Source: Bugula neritina (lineage: Eukaryota; Animalia; Bryozoa). From it: 23,998 nucleotides of DNA. The notes under the pieces were generated by a model. It was not told the DNA's origin, ran no database searches, and worked only from the letters and a program-made list of their open reading frames with translations. Below, piece by piece: positions 13,701 through 23,998 of this stretch. The stretch spans positions 1-23,998 of the forward strand of contig CAXIUT010000116.1 in NCBI GenBank assembly GCA_964035545.1, given 5' to 3'. Position 1 is the first letter of the stretch; every line of letters starts with the position of its first letter. A program made the translations under genes and the position numbers.

Positions 13701-16700
13701 TTAACTTTTCCAGGATCTCTACTATTTCCAAGCAACTCAAAGAGATCATCATTAGCTAAGAAGTAAAATCGAGGGAAAGCTCCTCTCTTAGTTTAAAGCA
13801 AACTATTAAGTACCTTTTGACTCTAATCTAGTCTTTTGGAAATATCATCAAGATCATTATAAAAGTTTTCAACTAAAAGAGCAACAAGGATATTTGGTTT
13901 AGCATGGATTCTATCCATATGTACTCCGATTCTATTGTTAAGAAGATGGAATTTATTGATATCTCCTATCAATTGTCGATCTTGGTCTTGTTGTGAAGCA
14001 AAAATGGCTTATAAATAGATCCATTGCCTTTGTACTTGAGCTAACATTTATAGAGTTTAAGAGATCTTCTGGAGGTTATTTTACCAGGTTTAGATCTAGT
14101 CTTTGAAGTTGTCATAGAAAAGACCTGTTTTTTGAGTTGATAGCACTCCCATATGGTCTTCAAGAATGGCAAAAATAGCATCAGTACCTTTGATTTTCCA
14201 TGTTTTTTTATGTGCTTCAGTGACTATTTATAGTCCTTCCCATTCTTTTTTTATTTTTTCCAAAGCACTTTCTATTTTATATTATTATCTGGCAACTTAA
14301 CAAGTAGTATTGATAACTTCCGAATGTCCAATAAAATTCTTTTGCACAAATATTTAATCAAAAGTGAATCCCTAACCTTCAGGATCAAAATCAATATGAT
14401 TTTTAAGTTAATTCCAATGTCTTGCTCTAATGAAAGGTTTTCTAAGGAAGTCAATAAGTGGCAATACATTTTTAAAGTTTTAGATAGACTGTTTAACTGA
14501 TGTAAAAATACCCCATCTTCTTATATGAGACTATTTGCTTTTACTATTAAGTTAATAAGTAAAGTCATCAGCATATTACTCTAAATTTTAACAATCAATC
14601 TATCTAAATTTAATATCTTTAACTTTAACTTTATAACTTTAGTCCCATTTCTCTTTCAAATTCCAAATATCCTACAAATACTTTATCTACTTATCAACAT
14701 GATCCAGATCAGCAGGAGAAGTATAACTGATCTGGAAAAGATCAAATCCAAATATCATATCATTCCATCTAGTTCTCAATCCTTTAACCAAATCGATATA
14801 CTCGTTAAGATTATTGAATGCATTTTAATTAGTATAAGAGGACTGGAAAGGAGCATTTTGCTAGAAATTACCTTTAAGATCAAATGCCTCTTTAAGAAAA
14901 TCATCTTTATTTTTCTTGGCCTGGTATTCAAAAACCCCTCTCACTTTTTAATTTCTTTTTTATATGTCCAAAAGCATATCATTGTAATGCAACCAGGCAT
15001 CCATGAGAGTGGCTCTGAGTTTATTTTACTACTCTTTGAGTTGTATGGAATGCATGTCTAGTTATGCAAATTTATCTTTGAGAGGATCTAATTTTTTTTA
15101 GAACTACTCTCGATTGTTCATAAGTTCCTGCCATAGATCAGTATTTTTTTTAAGTTGCTGCAAATCTTGTGGCTATGGGGTCAAATTGGCTTATGAAGTT
15201 TTGAACAAATCATGTAAACTTTTAAGCTAGTCAATACATCTTTATTGCAAATAGGACATAAACATATTTTGCCATAAAATAACTATTTCAGATAGAGTAG
15301 TTTTAAATCGACTGTCATCCAAATTAATACAACCTATAGGATGTGAACTTTTTATCTACTGTATCTGCTCACTTTGAGCATTTGAATTTTATATCTGCTA
15401 CTTCAATTGAGATATGTCCATCCAGTTGTAATCCACCACGTTTTTTATAAATTTCTATTTACGCTTGTTCTACCAAAATAGTGGAGAATTAGTCCACTTG
15501 TCCTTAGTGCTATCCTTAGTCACCTCACTACACACCTTATTTAAATTGTTTATTATCTTAGAAGAATACTTCTGAATATCAATATCATCACTTATCTTAT
15601 AATACAAAAATCCCTCATGGGGCTTTATCTATTACTACTAGATTGCCTTCCTATTCGGATTCTTCTCCTTCTACATCCTCAACAACAACTCGTCTCTCTT
15701 CTTCTTATATATATCATACATCTTGTTCTGCACCTTAGGAAACGCACTCACCACATCGTTAATAGAACTGATTATCTATGTTATAGTCTACAGAAGAGAC
15801 GTAGTGGTTGGTTTGTATGCCAACTTAGGCGGATCATCTCTTTACAAAATAGCAGAGATGACGAAGATAGGTGTAGGCTGGATGTTTTTTTATGGATCTC
15901 CAATCACCACATAAAATTCAACTAAACTATTTTTAATACCCTTCTTCAACGAATCCTCAATCTTCCTATCTATCTCTTTCACATAGTTAAACCAAAATAA
16001 CTGAGTCTACTTTCTACCACCAGCGAACAACTCATAAGAATGCAGTAAAATATCCGATATCTACTTCAATATCTTCTGCAACTTATCCTTTATATCTTCT
16101 CTATGATCTTTCTGCTCCTCTTCAAACTATTATATCTGATACGAATGCTTCTTATTTATCTTCAAAAATAATTTAGAAGCTATCTCTTGACATTTCTGTT
16201 CGATTTTATCTGTATTAGCTTTGAACTCCTTCAACTTATTATAGAGATCAGAGCAGACTCCTCGACAAGTTCTTCCCAAAAAGGAGTCAACATTGGCTTT
16301 AGAACTCCATTTGAATCTAGTAATTCCAGGCTGTATAACTTTATTAGCAGACATCAAATGCTAGGCAAATAGATTACGTTCGTTATCGTCCATAAAATCA
16401 ATAATTTGATTATACTCTCTCACCACTACCATCGACAACTCCCTCAACACCCTCAAATTCTATCTATTGTTCATCACAAATTAATCAGGCTAGTTAGGTA
16501 TACGAATATTAAAAGGAATCAGTATCTTCCAAGTGGACACCTAGTTTATCAGTTTGGCAAGTTTTCTATCGAAATTGCATTATATGTGATGTGGTTTAGG
16601 TCTTAGTATTTCGAGTGGAAGTTTGTAATCTTAGCTGTTTTCATCTGGTCGACATAAAATTGTTACAGCCTAGATTGATTTGTTTATGTTGCCTGGTTCT

Positions 16701-18823
16701 TCAAATCCTTTGTTCTAGTCTTTCCATACAGCCAATTTTTGTTCTTTTATCAAGCTTTACAACTGTTTAGAAGTAACTAGATATTTTTAATTGGCATTTA
16801 TTTTGATATCGTCATCAATAAAATAAAGTTTCTATATTTTATCTTTGAATTTCTATAGTCTAAAGACGACTGACCGAATCAATATGGCACCACCTGAATA
16901 TTTACCATGATGCAATGGTATATTCGGATCTTTCTTATGCTATATCTCTTGCTTAGCAGATTATATCTCAGATATAAATAAATTCATCACCTAGATAGCC
17001 TTCTTCTTCACACATGTCTTAATACTATCTCTTTTAGCAAGATAATCAAATGCCTATAACATATTTACTCCCTGCTAAACTGTTGTCACCTGCTTAAATG
17101 CAAAATCTATCACGTTTTGATACATAACATCCAATTATTTCACTCCACTCTTGAAGGTGTTATATTATTAATGCCAATTAGATGCTTTTACATCCAGTAT
17201 TTTTTATTTTTTATTTGCTTTAAATTTATCAATCAATTTGGCAAAAGCTCCCTTTATCTATAATAATATCCCAACGATTTAAGAAGCCCTAGCCCCACCA
17301 AACTTAGGCAACTGATGATCTCTTCCCTTAAGAGCAAATTGAAGCTGTCCTTGACAAATCTAGATCAACTCTGAACATCTTTGAACAAAGGCCTAAACAG
17401 ATGCAAAGATAGAATTGGTAACAAAATTCCATTTTCTTTTTTACGTGGTATTAATCACATCAGCAAAATGATCATAAATCTATCTCCATCGCTTGCCAGT
17501 CTCAATCGCATCATTCAAATCCTATATACACTTCTATACATCTCCATCAAGCATATCATCAACGTTTATCTTAGCCTTGCATCGCTGGATTATCTGATTG
17601 GATATCTTGTTCAATAAATTTGTTATTCTATCATTGGAGTTGTAAAATTGAGAATGGTGCCAAATCATCCTCACTCTTTTTAGTAACTAAGGCAGCATAT
17701 CAGGTATTTGCTTAGGCTAGGCTTCTTATAGCTTTTTACATGGCTCTAGTAAAGATTGTAAGAACATCAAGTTGTTTTGAGCCTATTCTGATTTAGCTTT
17801 TATGTTTTAAGCCAACTATCCAAATCCTCTAGCATCATTGCTGTCCATTTTTTATAGAAATCTGACTATAGCTTTCAATTATGGATTTTAAAGTTGTTAG
17901 TCAATATGTTTGAGGTTTTATCTTCTATTTCTCCAATATTAGATTTAATCCAAAGGTCCAGAATTCTAATTTTACTGATGAGAATCGGGATTACTGACTA
18001 TTTCTTTGATTTGTCTATTCCACTGAATAATAGTAGTCTATAGTCTCTGAATTAGATCTTTATCTTGTCCATCACTATTGGAGAGATCTTCTTTAGGTAT
18101 ATACAGCTCAGTATATCCTTATAGTTGAAAACAAGCTTCAGTAAGGGAGGTCATAAATTTGTGTAACTGTGCCAAAAATTATTTTTTAACATTATCAGGC
18201 CATGATTTCTAATTCATAATCGTAGGAATAAACAAATTATTCATAAAATTAACTAGACTCTTCAGATGATTCTTCTCTATTTTTCTAACCAAAATTTTAG
18301 ATTCGTCCAACTGTGTCACCTATTCCTTAGTCAATTTGAATATTATAGCAGTATCATAAGTTATCCCATGAGGAACGTCCAATGAATATCGAACCTCATC
18401 GTTTTATACCCACACAAATAATTTCTGTCCTATTTCTTATAACAAGAACAAATGCTTTACTTCTTCTTAAAGATCTATAGTCCAATGTTTAGCAGAATCG
18501 AACATGTTTATTGAACTTTATATCTTCTATTTCACCCATTCAAGAAGTTCTCCATCTATTGTATCTTTTTTCATCAGTTTAGGAGGGGAATTTTCAATAG
18601 CATTTTCTGATATTCTCACTTTGTTTCTTTGTCTTGGAACTGAATAATCAAAATTCTATCTTCCCTCAACTTGATTAGCCTCATCCTGTTCCTTCTTAAC
18701 TTCCATATCTTTCACCATTTGCTGATAATCTTCCTCTGGAATGTCTTATAGTTCAGGCTCTTAAGGTTTGAGCTCAACAGATTGATCAACAGACAGTTTG
18801 GTCGGCGAGTCAGGTTACTCCAT
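4745..18823 (-). CDS. DNAH2: Axonemal dynein heavy chain, inner arm I1/f beta type (DNAH2 / Chlamydomonas DHC10-like), ~4692 aa
   Basis: 14079 nt = 4693 codons. The five dynein-like ORF-track fragments (ending 4751, 5090, 10661, 12752, 16130) share one frame. P1 region [34 protein letters not shown]...[17 protein letters not shown]...CFDEFNRI. P2 GSSMSGKS, P3 GSTGTGKT with [24 protein letters not shown]4 GEGGAGRHS. C-terminus [20 protein letters not shown]. The long N-terminal tail and the P1, P3 and C-terminal signatures resemble DNAH2 as I recall it. I spot-checked the frame rather than reading every codon. Confidence 0.9.
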
Positions 18824-18915
18824 CTCTTGATAAGTTATAAAAAAAACAATATCTCAACTTAATTTAATTTGAATTTAATACCAATATATTATATTATTGA
18901 TAATTTCCGATACAA

Positions 18916-20191
18916 TCATTGCTCGTTTTCTATCAAAGCAGCAGCACCCATTCCTGTTCCAATACACATAGAAACAACTCCGTTTTTAGACTGTGTTCGC
19001 TTCAATTCTGGCATCAAAGTAGCAATTTGTCTAGCACCTACATAAACACATCAGTACCTGTACAACCCAAAGGATGTCCGAGAGCAATTGCTCCTCCTTT
19101 TGGATTTAATTTCTTATAATCAATACCCAACTTATCAACACAGTATGTTGCCTGACTAGCAAATGCTTCATTGATTTCCCAAATATCAACATCATTGATC
19201 TTTTTGTTAGTTCTTTCAAGAAGAGCAGGAATAGCTACAGCTGGTCCAATACCCATGATCAAGGGATCGCATCCTCGAACGGCATAATCAACAAATTTAC
19301 CAAGAATAGGCATTCCTAGTTTTTTCGCAACTGATCTGCGAGCGAAAATAACAGCAGCAGCTCCATCTGACACCTGAGAACTGTTTCCAGCTGTTGTTGT
19401 TCCTCCTTTCTTGAAAGCAGGCTTCAATTTCGATAAACTTTACAAAGTTGTAGCACCTCTGATACCATCATCTTTTGAAATAACTACATCAACTTATTAA
19501 TCTTTATCATTCTTGTTTTTAGTCTTAACTGGAACAATTTCACCTGCATAGATAAAAAGGTACTATCAAACCAACCATTCTTTTGAGCTTGAGCTGCTTT
19601 TCTATGAGAATCGACTGCCATTTGATCTTGTTGCTTTCTGGTAACTCCATATTTCTCAGCTACATTTTATGAGGTTTATCCCATATTGGTAAGACAAGTT
19701 CTAGCTTTTTAATGTTAGAAAACTGACTCAGAAAGGTTATCAACATTAATAGAACTATTCATGTCATAAAGTGACATTGATTAGACTCCTGATCCAACTC
19801 CGATATCAATCATTCCTGATTTTATTTTAGAAGCAATGATTGCACAGGCTTCAAGACCTGAGGAACAAAGTCGGTTAATAGCGACAATAGGAGTAGTATC
19901 TGGATATCCAGCCATGAACATAGCCATTCTGGCAGTAATTTATCCAGCTCCAGGTTGTAGGTTATTTCCAACAGCTATGTCTTGGATAGCTTCTGACTTG
20001 ATGTTAGCTCTTTCTGCTGCTTACTTCAGGACAGTCGAAAGCATAACTTCTGGAGCTGTATTTCTGAGTCCTCCTCTTTTTCCTCGAGTAATAGCAGTTC
20101 TAACAGCTGAACAGATCACGACATCATCATCTGATTTGGCTGCGATGTTTTGTTTTGTGACGATGGTTGCCAGGTTGTGTAGTCTGTCCAT
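18916..20191 (-). CDS. 3-ketoacyl-CoA thiolase, peroxisomal (ACAA1/POT1-like) type, 411 aa, two introns
   Basis: DDVVICSAVRTAI, INRLCSSGL (catalytic Cys), GVESMS, MGETSENVA, TTAGNSSQVSDGAAA, EINEAFASQ, GGAIALGHPLGCTGARQ, SMCIGTGMG. 1276 nt minus 2x20 = 412 codons. Confidence 0.95.
19038..19057 (-). other. 20-nt intron (phase 1) in thiolase
   Basis: GTACTGATGTGTTTATGTAG. Removal restores GHPLGCT-G-ARQ. Confidence 0.93.
19544..19563 (-). other. 20-nt intron (phase 1) in thiolase
   Basis: GTACCTTTTTATCTATGCAG. Removal restores GWFD-S-EIVPV. Confidence 0.92.
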
Positions 20192-20278
20192 GTAATAAAT
20201 ATGACGTAGACTGTTAAGATATGTTAATCTATGGGTTAATATAGATAGATATTAAATTAAGATGATTGGATGTGAGGA

Positions 20279-21061
20279 TCAATTTAGTTCAGTTCTGAGG
20301 AATCCGCTATTCCACATAAATCCTGCAGGTTCAGCATTGCCCTAAGAAAGCACAGGTTCATCCATTTTAAAAACTTATCGACCCAACATAGCCACAATGC
20401 CTGGGAGTGGTTCATCTTCTGTCTACTTAATCTTTGACCCTTCATGCACTGACCTCTTTGATCCTTCATGGACTGACCTCTTTTATGATATTTTTGAATT
20501 ATAAGGGTCGTTTTATTTACTCATGTTTGAAACTCCAACGTTACCTCCTCCATAGGGTTGCTACTTGTTTATCATTTGCTAGTAATCAGTTCCACTTTTT
20601 CCAACATTGCTTTGGTAGGGGTTTTCCTGTGCTCTTATCCTTGACCCCTATTGCTATCTGTTGCTTATGTGTGAACCAGCGACATTGTTGTTGGCATAGT
20701 GTGAACCAGCGACATTGTTGTTTTCATTCACCTTTGATTCGTTAAACCTTTAACCAGCCACACCTGAATGAGCCACACCTGAAGCAGCTGGATCTCTATA
20801 ATTTTAATTTCTGTTGTATGGATCTTCGTTTCTGATGGCAGATTGATGAGGTTCTGAAGCTTTTACAGCTGATTAGTTGCCATATGGATTGGGTCTTTAA
20901 TTGTTTTATTTAACAGCTGACTGGTTAGGATATGAATTGGCTTTATCTTTGTTGATAGCTGATTGTTAGTTTCTAGCAGATGGTTCTTTATTTGTATCTT
21001 TTCCTACCCTACTATTAGACTTGTTTTTTCTGTCTTTATCCTTACTGTCACAAGCACCCAT
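20279..21061 (-). CDS. Unknown low-complexity protein (260 aa), N-terminus MGACDSK (predicted myristoylation plus palmitoylation)
   Basis: 783-nt TGA-free frame from ATG 21061 to TGA 20279, flanked by AT-rich spacers. Rich in N/S/E/K with internal peptide repeats. Confidence 0.8.
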
Positions 21062-21228
21062 TAGTTGATAACCTATTCAAATCAATTAAATATCATTCCT
21101 AATCAGTATCATATTTATTTTATTGATTTAAATAAAAATAATCATTCACTAACATCTTATTCTATCAAATAATAACAACAAAGAAAAGACTTAAATAGAA
21201 TATTAATATTGAAATAGAGGGATAACAA

Positions 21229-22688
21229 TCAACAGACAACTGGTTAAACTTATGTCCATACTACACTTTGACCGATTCCTATCATTGAATGTTAATTTGG
21301 ATTTTTTGGCTAGTTTTTATTTATGTTTCTTAAGTTACTGCACTTAATCTCCAATGTTTTTGACTATAATTTGATGTTAGTCTGACGCTAGCTCATAGTT
21401 CTAAAAGTCTTAATAGAACTGTCTACCCTTTGCTATGATCTAAATTCACTATCTTTTGATCGACCATTTGATTGAGGTATTGATACTTATATTATCTAAT
21501 GATATAAACCACTTTCTTCTTTCTTTATCTGCTATCTTTGAAAAGGTTTTTACTAGCTTTAACTCATCTACTTTTTATCATGCTTCTATTATTATTACTC
21601 TTTTTAATCATATTTTTTAGTTTTTTTATACATAGAAGGAACTTCAAAATTAGAACTTGCTTTACTTGCCTCATTTGCCTTCATGTTAGCCGCCTGGTTT
21701 GCCTGGTTTGCCTTACTTGTCTAGTTTTCCTCGTTTGCCTTACTTGCCTTGTTTTCCTCGTTTGCCTTACTTGTCTAGTTTTGAATATTTGCTTCAGGTA
21801 AGGGAGCTTACTAATTAAAATTTAGAACAGCACTCATTTTGTTATTTATTCCATTTATTTAGTTATATTTGCTCGAAGCAGGAGTATCTTTTGCAGAGAT
21901 TTAATGACTTTTCAATTGGTTTAGTAAGATACTTGTCCCTGAGTAAGAAAAATTTTGCTAACTTTTTAAGATTGATCTTTATTTTATGATAGGTTTATCT
22001 TTGTTTTTAGGAACATTATATGATTTTGGCCTTTAACCTTCTTCAACTATTAAAGGAAGAGCATTAATAGATTATGGATCTTTCAAAAGTGCTAAAAGAT
22101 GACTACTCGCTGAAAATCGTCCTTTATTTTGATAATAAATTTTTTATTATTTTTTTTATTCTTCTACAATAATTTAAGTTTTATCTTTTTTGATTTAATT
22201 AGAAGGAGGATTAATCATAATAGATTTAGTTGGAGTAAAGTTCAGTTATTTTTTTCCTTATTAATTATATTTTATTTTTTTGGAAGTCTTTTATTTTATT
22301 TAAAGAGGAAGAGTCGAATTGATCTGACTAGGCTCATTATTAATAATAGGTGTTTTTTAAATTGATATCTCTTCATCAGGTTTCAGACTTCTCAGATTAG
22401 TTTTAGGCTCAAGATGATTTCTACTGATTATTACATCATTTGGTATTTTAGGCAAAGATATTGATGCTTTACTCTCTCCACCTTATGGTTCTTTTTGAAT
22501 AGATTCTGATTATTAGAAAGTGTACCTTCAGGTTGAATTTTCTTATTTTAGGGAACATCTTGAGAATGGTTAACTGGTTTTCTCTAGGTAAGGTTGTTAG
22601 GATTATCTTTAGATTAGTTTTGATTAAAGCCTTGATTAAGATAAAGAGGATTGCGCCTTTAATCTGGTTTGTTGGCACACATACCCAT
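21229..22688 (-). CDS. Unknown low-complexity protein (479 aa), N-terminus MGMCANK, one intron
   Basis: 1460 nt minus a 20-nt intron = 480 codons with no internal TGA. Contains SKANEEN repeats and ends VVWTEVEPVVC. Confidence 0.75.
21705..21780 (-). repeat. Coding 27-bp tandem repeat, (T/A)SKANEEN(E/K), ~3 copies, decaying into ANQ repeats
   Basis: GTTTGCCTTACTTG..TAGTTTTCCTC units on the + strand with a period of 27 nt (9 aa). Confidence 0.8.
22506..22525 (-). other. 20-nt intron (phase 1)
   Basis: GTACACTTTCTAATAATCAG. Removal joins exon 1 to the long open frame of exon 2. Confidence 0.8.
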
Positions 22689-22901
22689 GAGTATAACAAT
22701 ATATGCTAAACTTAATTTATTTTGGGTTAAAATTTATATCCTAAATTTGTTGATATTAATTCGATGACTGCAACAACAGAAATTGATATAAAATATTAAC
22801 CATAGTTTAATAAAAATAAAGATATTGATGTATGTGAATTATATATTAATATTAGGAAAGAATTAAAATAAATAATTGATTTAAACCAGTATAAAGTTAT
22901 T

Positions 22902-23713
22902 TCAAGTACGTTTATTAAAGGTAGTCAGAGTTGAGTGTTCAGAATATTATCTATCTAATTTATCAGTTCTTTTAAGAATTTTACTCTTCTAAAATGAAAT
23001 ATTCTTATCTTTTTATTATTAACTATTCTTCATATTCTATCCTTCAAGACTCCCATTATTATTTACACCATATTTTACCTTATCATTCTAAGTATAGTTT
23101 TTACTGTATTATCTATCATTTATCATTGATATTCTGCTATTAAACTAATTTTGTTAGTTCTGATAGTTATCGATATTACTCACCAACTATTTTATTTGAG
23201 ATAGCTATTTTATATATCCTTCTTTATTTTGTTTATTTTATGGTCCTTTTATTTTATCCAACTCTTTTTAGTTTTACTATCTTTATTCATGATTAACTGA
23301 CTATTCTCCTTGATTTTATTTTTTTGATTAATTAATTTAATTTTATGCTGTTTTGTTGGTTTTGGACTTTATAAAATATTTTTGACCTCCTAAAGACTAC
23401 CTTGCTTTCTTCTTTGCCTAATATTCAATCATTTGTCTTTCATATTACTCATCAACATTAGTATTTCTACGACTTGGTTATAATGGTATGATATTTAGTG
23501 GAGTTTATGGTTCAAAAGATATTTTATTCAAACAAGAATTCACTTTATTTTATTGTATTTATTTCTTTTATGATACCTTTTTATTCATTGATGCTTTAGG
23601 AGGAGCTGAGTTTTGATAATAATACCTTCTAGAATGATTTGTTCGCTTTATTTAGTTCGATTATACTTTTATTTTTTGTATTAATTGATGGGGGAACCAG
23701 GACATGGACCCAT
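22902..23713 (-). CDS. Unknown E/K/N-rich protein (263 aa), N-terminus MGPCPGS, one intron
   Basis: 812 nt minus a 20-nt intron = 264 codons. The unspliced frame hits TGA just after the intron; the spliced frame runs to TGA at 22902. Confidence 0.72.
23606..23625 (-). other. 20-nt intron (phase 1)
   Basis: GTATTATTATCAAAACTCAG, required to avoid an immediate TGA. Confidence 0.8.
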
Positions 23714-23786
23714 CTTATCAGTATTAATAAAACTATCTTAATTTATATATATCAAAATACTGAAAACTATTCATTCTATAAAATTA

Positions 23787-23863
23787 GGGGTTGGGGTTGG
23801 GGTTGGGGGTTGGGGTTGGGGTTGGGGTTGGGGTTGGGGTTGGGGTTGGGGTTGGGGTTGGGT
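23787..23863. repeat. Subterminal telomeric tract (GGGGTT)n, ~77 bp
   Basis: Perfect G4T2 array followed by non-telomeric sequence. Confidence 0.95.
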
Positions 23864-23905
23864 AATATATCGCTTTATTTAGATGATATTTATAATTAAA
23901 ATTAA

Positions 23906-23998
23906 GGGGTTGGGGTTGGGGTTGGGGTTGGGGTTGGGGTTGGGGTTGGGGTTGGGGTTGGGGTTGGGGTTGGGGTTGGGGTTGGGGTTGGGGTTGGG
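23906..23998. repeat. Right telomere, (GGGGTT)n
   Basis: Perfect G4T2 array running to the end of the window. Confidence 0.97.

Noticed and set aside
4745-18823. Dynein (and other genes) as stop-riddled pseudogenes
   Set aside because: The apparent stops are only TAA/TAG, at Glu positions. No in-frame TGA was seen in the segments checked and the motifs are intact.
19568-19580. AAACCAACC resembling the Tetrahymena chromosome breakage sequence core
   Set aside because: It is only a partial match (lacks the following YC), is explained by Gly-Trp-Phe codons of thiolase, and Cbs is removed from macronuclear DNA.
19836-20745. + strand ORFs of 119 and 103 aa
   Set aside because: They are antisense to thiolase and the MGAC protein and show no recognisable motifs.
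21661-21790. CRISPR-like or mobile-element repeat
   Set aside because: It is a head-to-tail 27-bp coding repeat without spacers in a eukaryotic context. No transposase or terminal inverted repeats were seen in the window.
21538-22365. Hydrophobic + strand ORFs (LVCLTC repeats, F/L/I-rich)
   Set aside because: They are antisense shadows of the A-rich - strand gene at 21229-22688.
23639-23899. ORF with a GLGLGL repeat
   Set aside because: It is a translation of the telomeric repeat and lies antisense to the 22902-23713 gene.

Overview
This window is a complete or near-complete telomere-to-telomere ciliate macronuclear chromosome of about 24 kb, with (CCCCAA)n at the left end and (GGGGTT)n at the right. 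The supplied ORF track is misleading because the genes use a non-standard code. TAA and TAG both fall on conserved Glu positions and TGA is the only stop, which is NCBI table 30 (peritrich nuclear code), not the Gln code of Tetrahymena and Paramecium. Re-translated by hand, the window holds 8 tightly packed genes. On the + strand is a kinase-fold protein that is probably a pseudokinase. On the - strand are a 2OG-Fe(II) oxygenase-like gene with an unexplained frameshift, transaldolase, a 14-kb apparently intronless inner-arm dynein heavy chain (DNAH2/I1-beta type), a peroxisomal-type 3-ketoacyl-CoA thiolase, and three tandem unknown low-complexity proteins that all start MGxC. Five introns are exactly 20 nt and all are phase 1. 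Other oddities are a 325-bp (GAT)n microsatellite with ~75-bp periodic interruptions and a doubled right telomere. All translations were done by eye and family calls come from remembered motifs; no database search was run.
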